A stretch of DNA of 59,632 nt from a virus (lineage: Duplodnaviria > Caudoviricetes), in IMG/VR virus record IMGVR_UViG_3300027819_000013, positions 1 to 59,632 of that record; one strand, written 5' to 3'. Under the pieces are notes generated by a model. That model had not been told where the DNA came from and did not search any database. It was given only the letters and a program-made list of their open reading frames with translations. Each line of letters begins with the position of its first letter. Position 1 is the stretch's first letter. This document shows, piece by piece, positions 58,415-59,632 of the stretch. Made by a program: the position numbers and the translations under genes.

Positions 58415-58762
58415 TCATTCGTGAATCGCTCCCATTGCGTGCATCAACTCATGCCCGAGAATCGCCAGCGCTTGATCGTCAGACCACGACGATGGGGGGG
58501 GCGCGTAAATCATTCCGTTGACGTAGCAGCCCATGACCTGACCGCCTGACTTCTGGCCGGGACCGCACGCCTTGGCTATTTGCTCCTGGCTTGACCAATT
58601 CACGACCACGGCGACCTGTTGCATGGCTGGGCCAGTGGCGATTGGGACTTGAGCGCAGCCAGCGAGCAGGACGAACAGCAGAATCGCCACAGCAAGCCCG
58701 AGCGGCCGGCGTCGGTCCTCGCAAAACTCTGCCAAGGCTTCGGGTAGGGTGCGGTCGGTCAT
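58415..58762 (-). CDS. Small lipoprotein with HExxH motif
   Basis: LLAGC lipobox; ILGHELMH. Confidence 0.6.
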   Translation of the reverse strand: MTDRTLPEALAEFCEDRRRPLGLAVAILLFVLLAGCAQVPIATGPAMQQVAVVVNWSSQEQIAKACGPGQKSGGQVMGCYVNGMIYAPPPSSWSDDQALAILGHELMHAMGAIHE

Positions 58763-59149
58763 CAGCGCCCCCACAACAGGAATGCAGCCCACGCAAGTAC
58801 AGCTAAACGAATAATGAGACTAGCCGCATCAAATCCCACAGTGACAGGCGCGCGAAATCGCGGATGCTCTCCAGATAGCTCCGCTACAGTGACAATGGTT
58901 GCTAGAAATTCCAGCCAAAACACGATGAGGATGAATGTGCTCATGACCACAACCCCGCCAGCATCGCCCTCGGATCGTTGAGCAGCAGCGCGAGATAGAG
59001 CGCCAGCAGGAAGGCGGCGCCAACGTAGAGCAGCGCCCGGATGAAGCCTGAAACGGAGGGCTTGCGGTTGGGGGTCATGCGGCTTTCGCTTCGTCTTTCG
59101 CAGTCGTGTTTGCCATCTGCTCTCCCTCGTGGCCCGGAAGCGGGCTGAT

Positions 59150-59232
59150 GAGCAATTAACGCATAGGTCGGGAAGTCTTGTCAAGCGGTATTGCGCTTGA
59201 CAGCAAAATAATTTTGGTGGTAGGATTCTATC
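59150..59232. promoter_or_regulatory. Divergent promoter/operator region
   Basis: Palindrome TGTCAAGCG-N6-CGCTTGACA (59179-59202) gives a TTGACA on each strand; rightward -10-like TAGGAT at 59221. All genes diverge from here. Confidence 0.7.
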
Positions 59233-59233
59233 T

Positions 59234-59389
59234 ATGAAAGAAAAAGAGGTGTTTCTGAAAGCGCTGGAGAAGCGTAACAGTGAAATTCGTCGGCTCGTTG
59301 CCACGATGTCTAAGGCTGCTGTTGCACGCAAATTTGGCATCAGCAGAGAGCGTGTGCGGCAAATTGTACAAGCATCAAACGGCAAATGA
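59234..59389 (+). CDS. Small Cro-like HTH regulator (51 aa, not in ORF track)
   Basis: MSKAAVARKFGISRERVRQIV HTH; first gene of the rightward arm. Confidence 0.75.
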   Translation: MKEKEVFLKALEKRNSEIRRLVATMSKAAVARKFGISRERVRQIVQASNGK

Positions 59390-59574
59390 CCACCCCAAAA
59401 TCCCGCCGCGCCCGCGCCGAACCTCGCATTGACGACGTTATCCGCATGCTGGCGAATGCCTCGGTCCGTGCCCGTCCCTGTGTGCTCAAGGTGCGCAATG
59501 CGATCGTGGCATGCCTGAACGTGTGCTTCGCTGAACAGGATCGCCGGCGGGCGAAGCGCAGGAGAAGGGCATGA
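59386..59574 (+). CDS. Small basic hypothetical protein
   Basis: ATGA-coupled on both sides. Confidence 0.5.
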   Translation: MTTPKSRRARAEPRIDDVIRMLANASVRARPCVLKVRNAIVACLNVCFAEQDRRRAKRRRRA

Positions 59575-59632
59575 GAGGCTCCGTCCACTCCCCCGCCAAC
59601 TACCTGCGGGCCGCCCGACGTGAGCCACGCCG
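59571..59632 (+). CDS. 5' part of a small ORF that continues across the window end into 1..160 (circular junction)
   Basis: The ATG at 59571 overlaps the previous stop (ATGA). Joined to position 1 the frame stays open (MRGSVHSPANYLRAARREPRRRRFMELADL...GKEPS) and ends at TGA 158-160, overlapping the ATG of the next gene at 157. Confidence 0.75.
   Translation, partial: MRGSVHSPANYLRAARREPR

Noticed and set aside
58762-59628. 288-aa minus-strand ORF over the control region
   Set aside because: Overlaps the promoter palindrome and the plus-strand HTH gene; only its last ~60 codons look like a real small membrane gene.
1-59632. CRISPR array, diversity-generating retroelement, integrase/att or transposase
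   Set aside because: I saw no spaced direct repeats, reverse transcriptase, recombinase or DDE motifs. Mu-like similarity is limited to head and neck genes.

Overview
The window looks like a complete, circularly closed genome of a ~59.6 kb tailed dsDNA phage, probably siphovirus-like with a GC-rich Gram-negative (proteobacterial) host. An ORF starting at 59571 reads in frame across the end/start junction. Two arms diverge from a palindromic promoter region at ~59.2 kb. The rightward arm carries a Cro-like HTH, a short replication-type protein, nin-like genes, a frameshifted Q-like gene, a tRNA-Met-like element, terminase, Mu-like head genes, tail genes and a lysis cassette. The leftward arm carries small early genes, Bet/YqaJ recombination and a ~9.6 kb nucleotide-sugar biosynthesis cluster. 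I recognised no integrase, CI-type repressor, DNA polymerase, primase or helicase. The main candidate for an undescribed system is virion-protein glycosylation and processing. It rests on three observations: (i) an early sugar pathway (HddA/HddC-like, ColD-like, SDR, two-subunit ThDP enzyme, B12 radical SAM, cupin, PfpI); (ii) GT2, GT4-MTase-GT2, radical SAM and HExxH peptidase genes embedded in the head operon; (iii) four structural proteins (cement, major capsid, a head accessory protein and the tail tube) that share an MK(R/L)...QAxxA N-terminal leader. All family calls are from motif recognition by eye; no database search was run.
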